DNA of 35,364 nt, taken from the NCBI GenBank assembly GCA_038213805.1, contig JBBQSO010000056.1, positions 1-35,364 of the forward strand. Direction: 5' to 3'. Of this stretch, positions 35,173 through 35,364 are shown in pieces (position 1 is the stretch's first letter; each line of letters begins with the position of its first letter). A program made the translations under genes and the position numbers. Under the pieces are notes generated by a model. The model made no database searches. It was not told where the DNA came from and was given only the letters and a program-made list of their open reading frames with translations. Source of the DNA: Planctomycetota bacterium. GTDB lineage: Bacteria > Planctomycetota > UBA11346.

Positions 35173-35364
35173 CCGCTGACGCAGGGAGCTGAGAAGCCCC
35201 GAGGTCAGCCAGATAAAAGACGGGAAACCCCGGTAAAACCCGGGCACATTGACAACTCAAGAGCTGTGGAGGAGAGAAGGAAAAGTCCTGATCATTTCTT
35301 CGAAGTGATCAGGCACATCGGTTTCTGTCTTCGGACAGAGACCACCAACCGCCTAGCAGTCCGT
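35173..35364 (+). other. Probable rRNA operon leader (rRNA gene itself outside the window)
   Basis: BoxA-like GCACATTGACAACT (35244-35257) after short hairpins; stem-loops at 35287-35313 and 35320-35343, the latter with a cUUCGg tetraloop; lower GC and no credible ORF. Confidence 0.6.

Noticed and set aside
35249..35254. Second TTGACA as a P2 promoter
   Set aside because: No -10 hexamer lies at a suitable spacing; it fits better as part of the boxA-like sequence.
1..35364. Transposases, integrases, prophage genes, tRNAs or defence systems
   Set aside because: I recognised no such motifs on either strand by eye; a covariance-model scan was not possible.

Overview
This is a very GC-rich bacterial chromosomal segment, most likely from Planctomycetota, judged from the DUF1592-type planctomycete cytochrome c gene with its DUF1552 partner, a HEAT/coiled-coil cluster and a dnaA not followed by dnaN. 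It starts inside a (CCATCAG)n heptamer array and ends in what looks like an rRNA promoter and leader, so it may be a whole contig broken at repeats. In order it holds an SGNH hydrolase, the DUF1552/DUF1592 pair, an AraC regulator, a nine-gene chemosensory operon (6615-17534, minus strand), nadA, two hypothetical genes, a REP/MITE-like inverted repeat, a three-gene envelope cluster including an unlisted 44-aa membrane ORF, ispE, a MerR regulator, mtnB, a PfkB kinase, dnaA, an exported TPR protein, recN and a STAS protein. The best candidate for an undescribed system is the chemosensory operon. It resembles Pil-Chp/Pix clusters, lacks cheR and cheB, and is translationally coupled to a Hanks Ser/Thr kinase at its 3' end and a probable receiver plus PP2C pseudo-phosphatase near its 5' end. 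All calls come from reading motifs by eye; no database searches were run.
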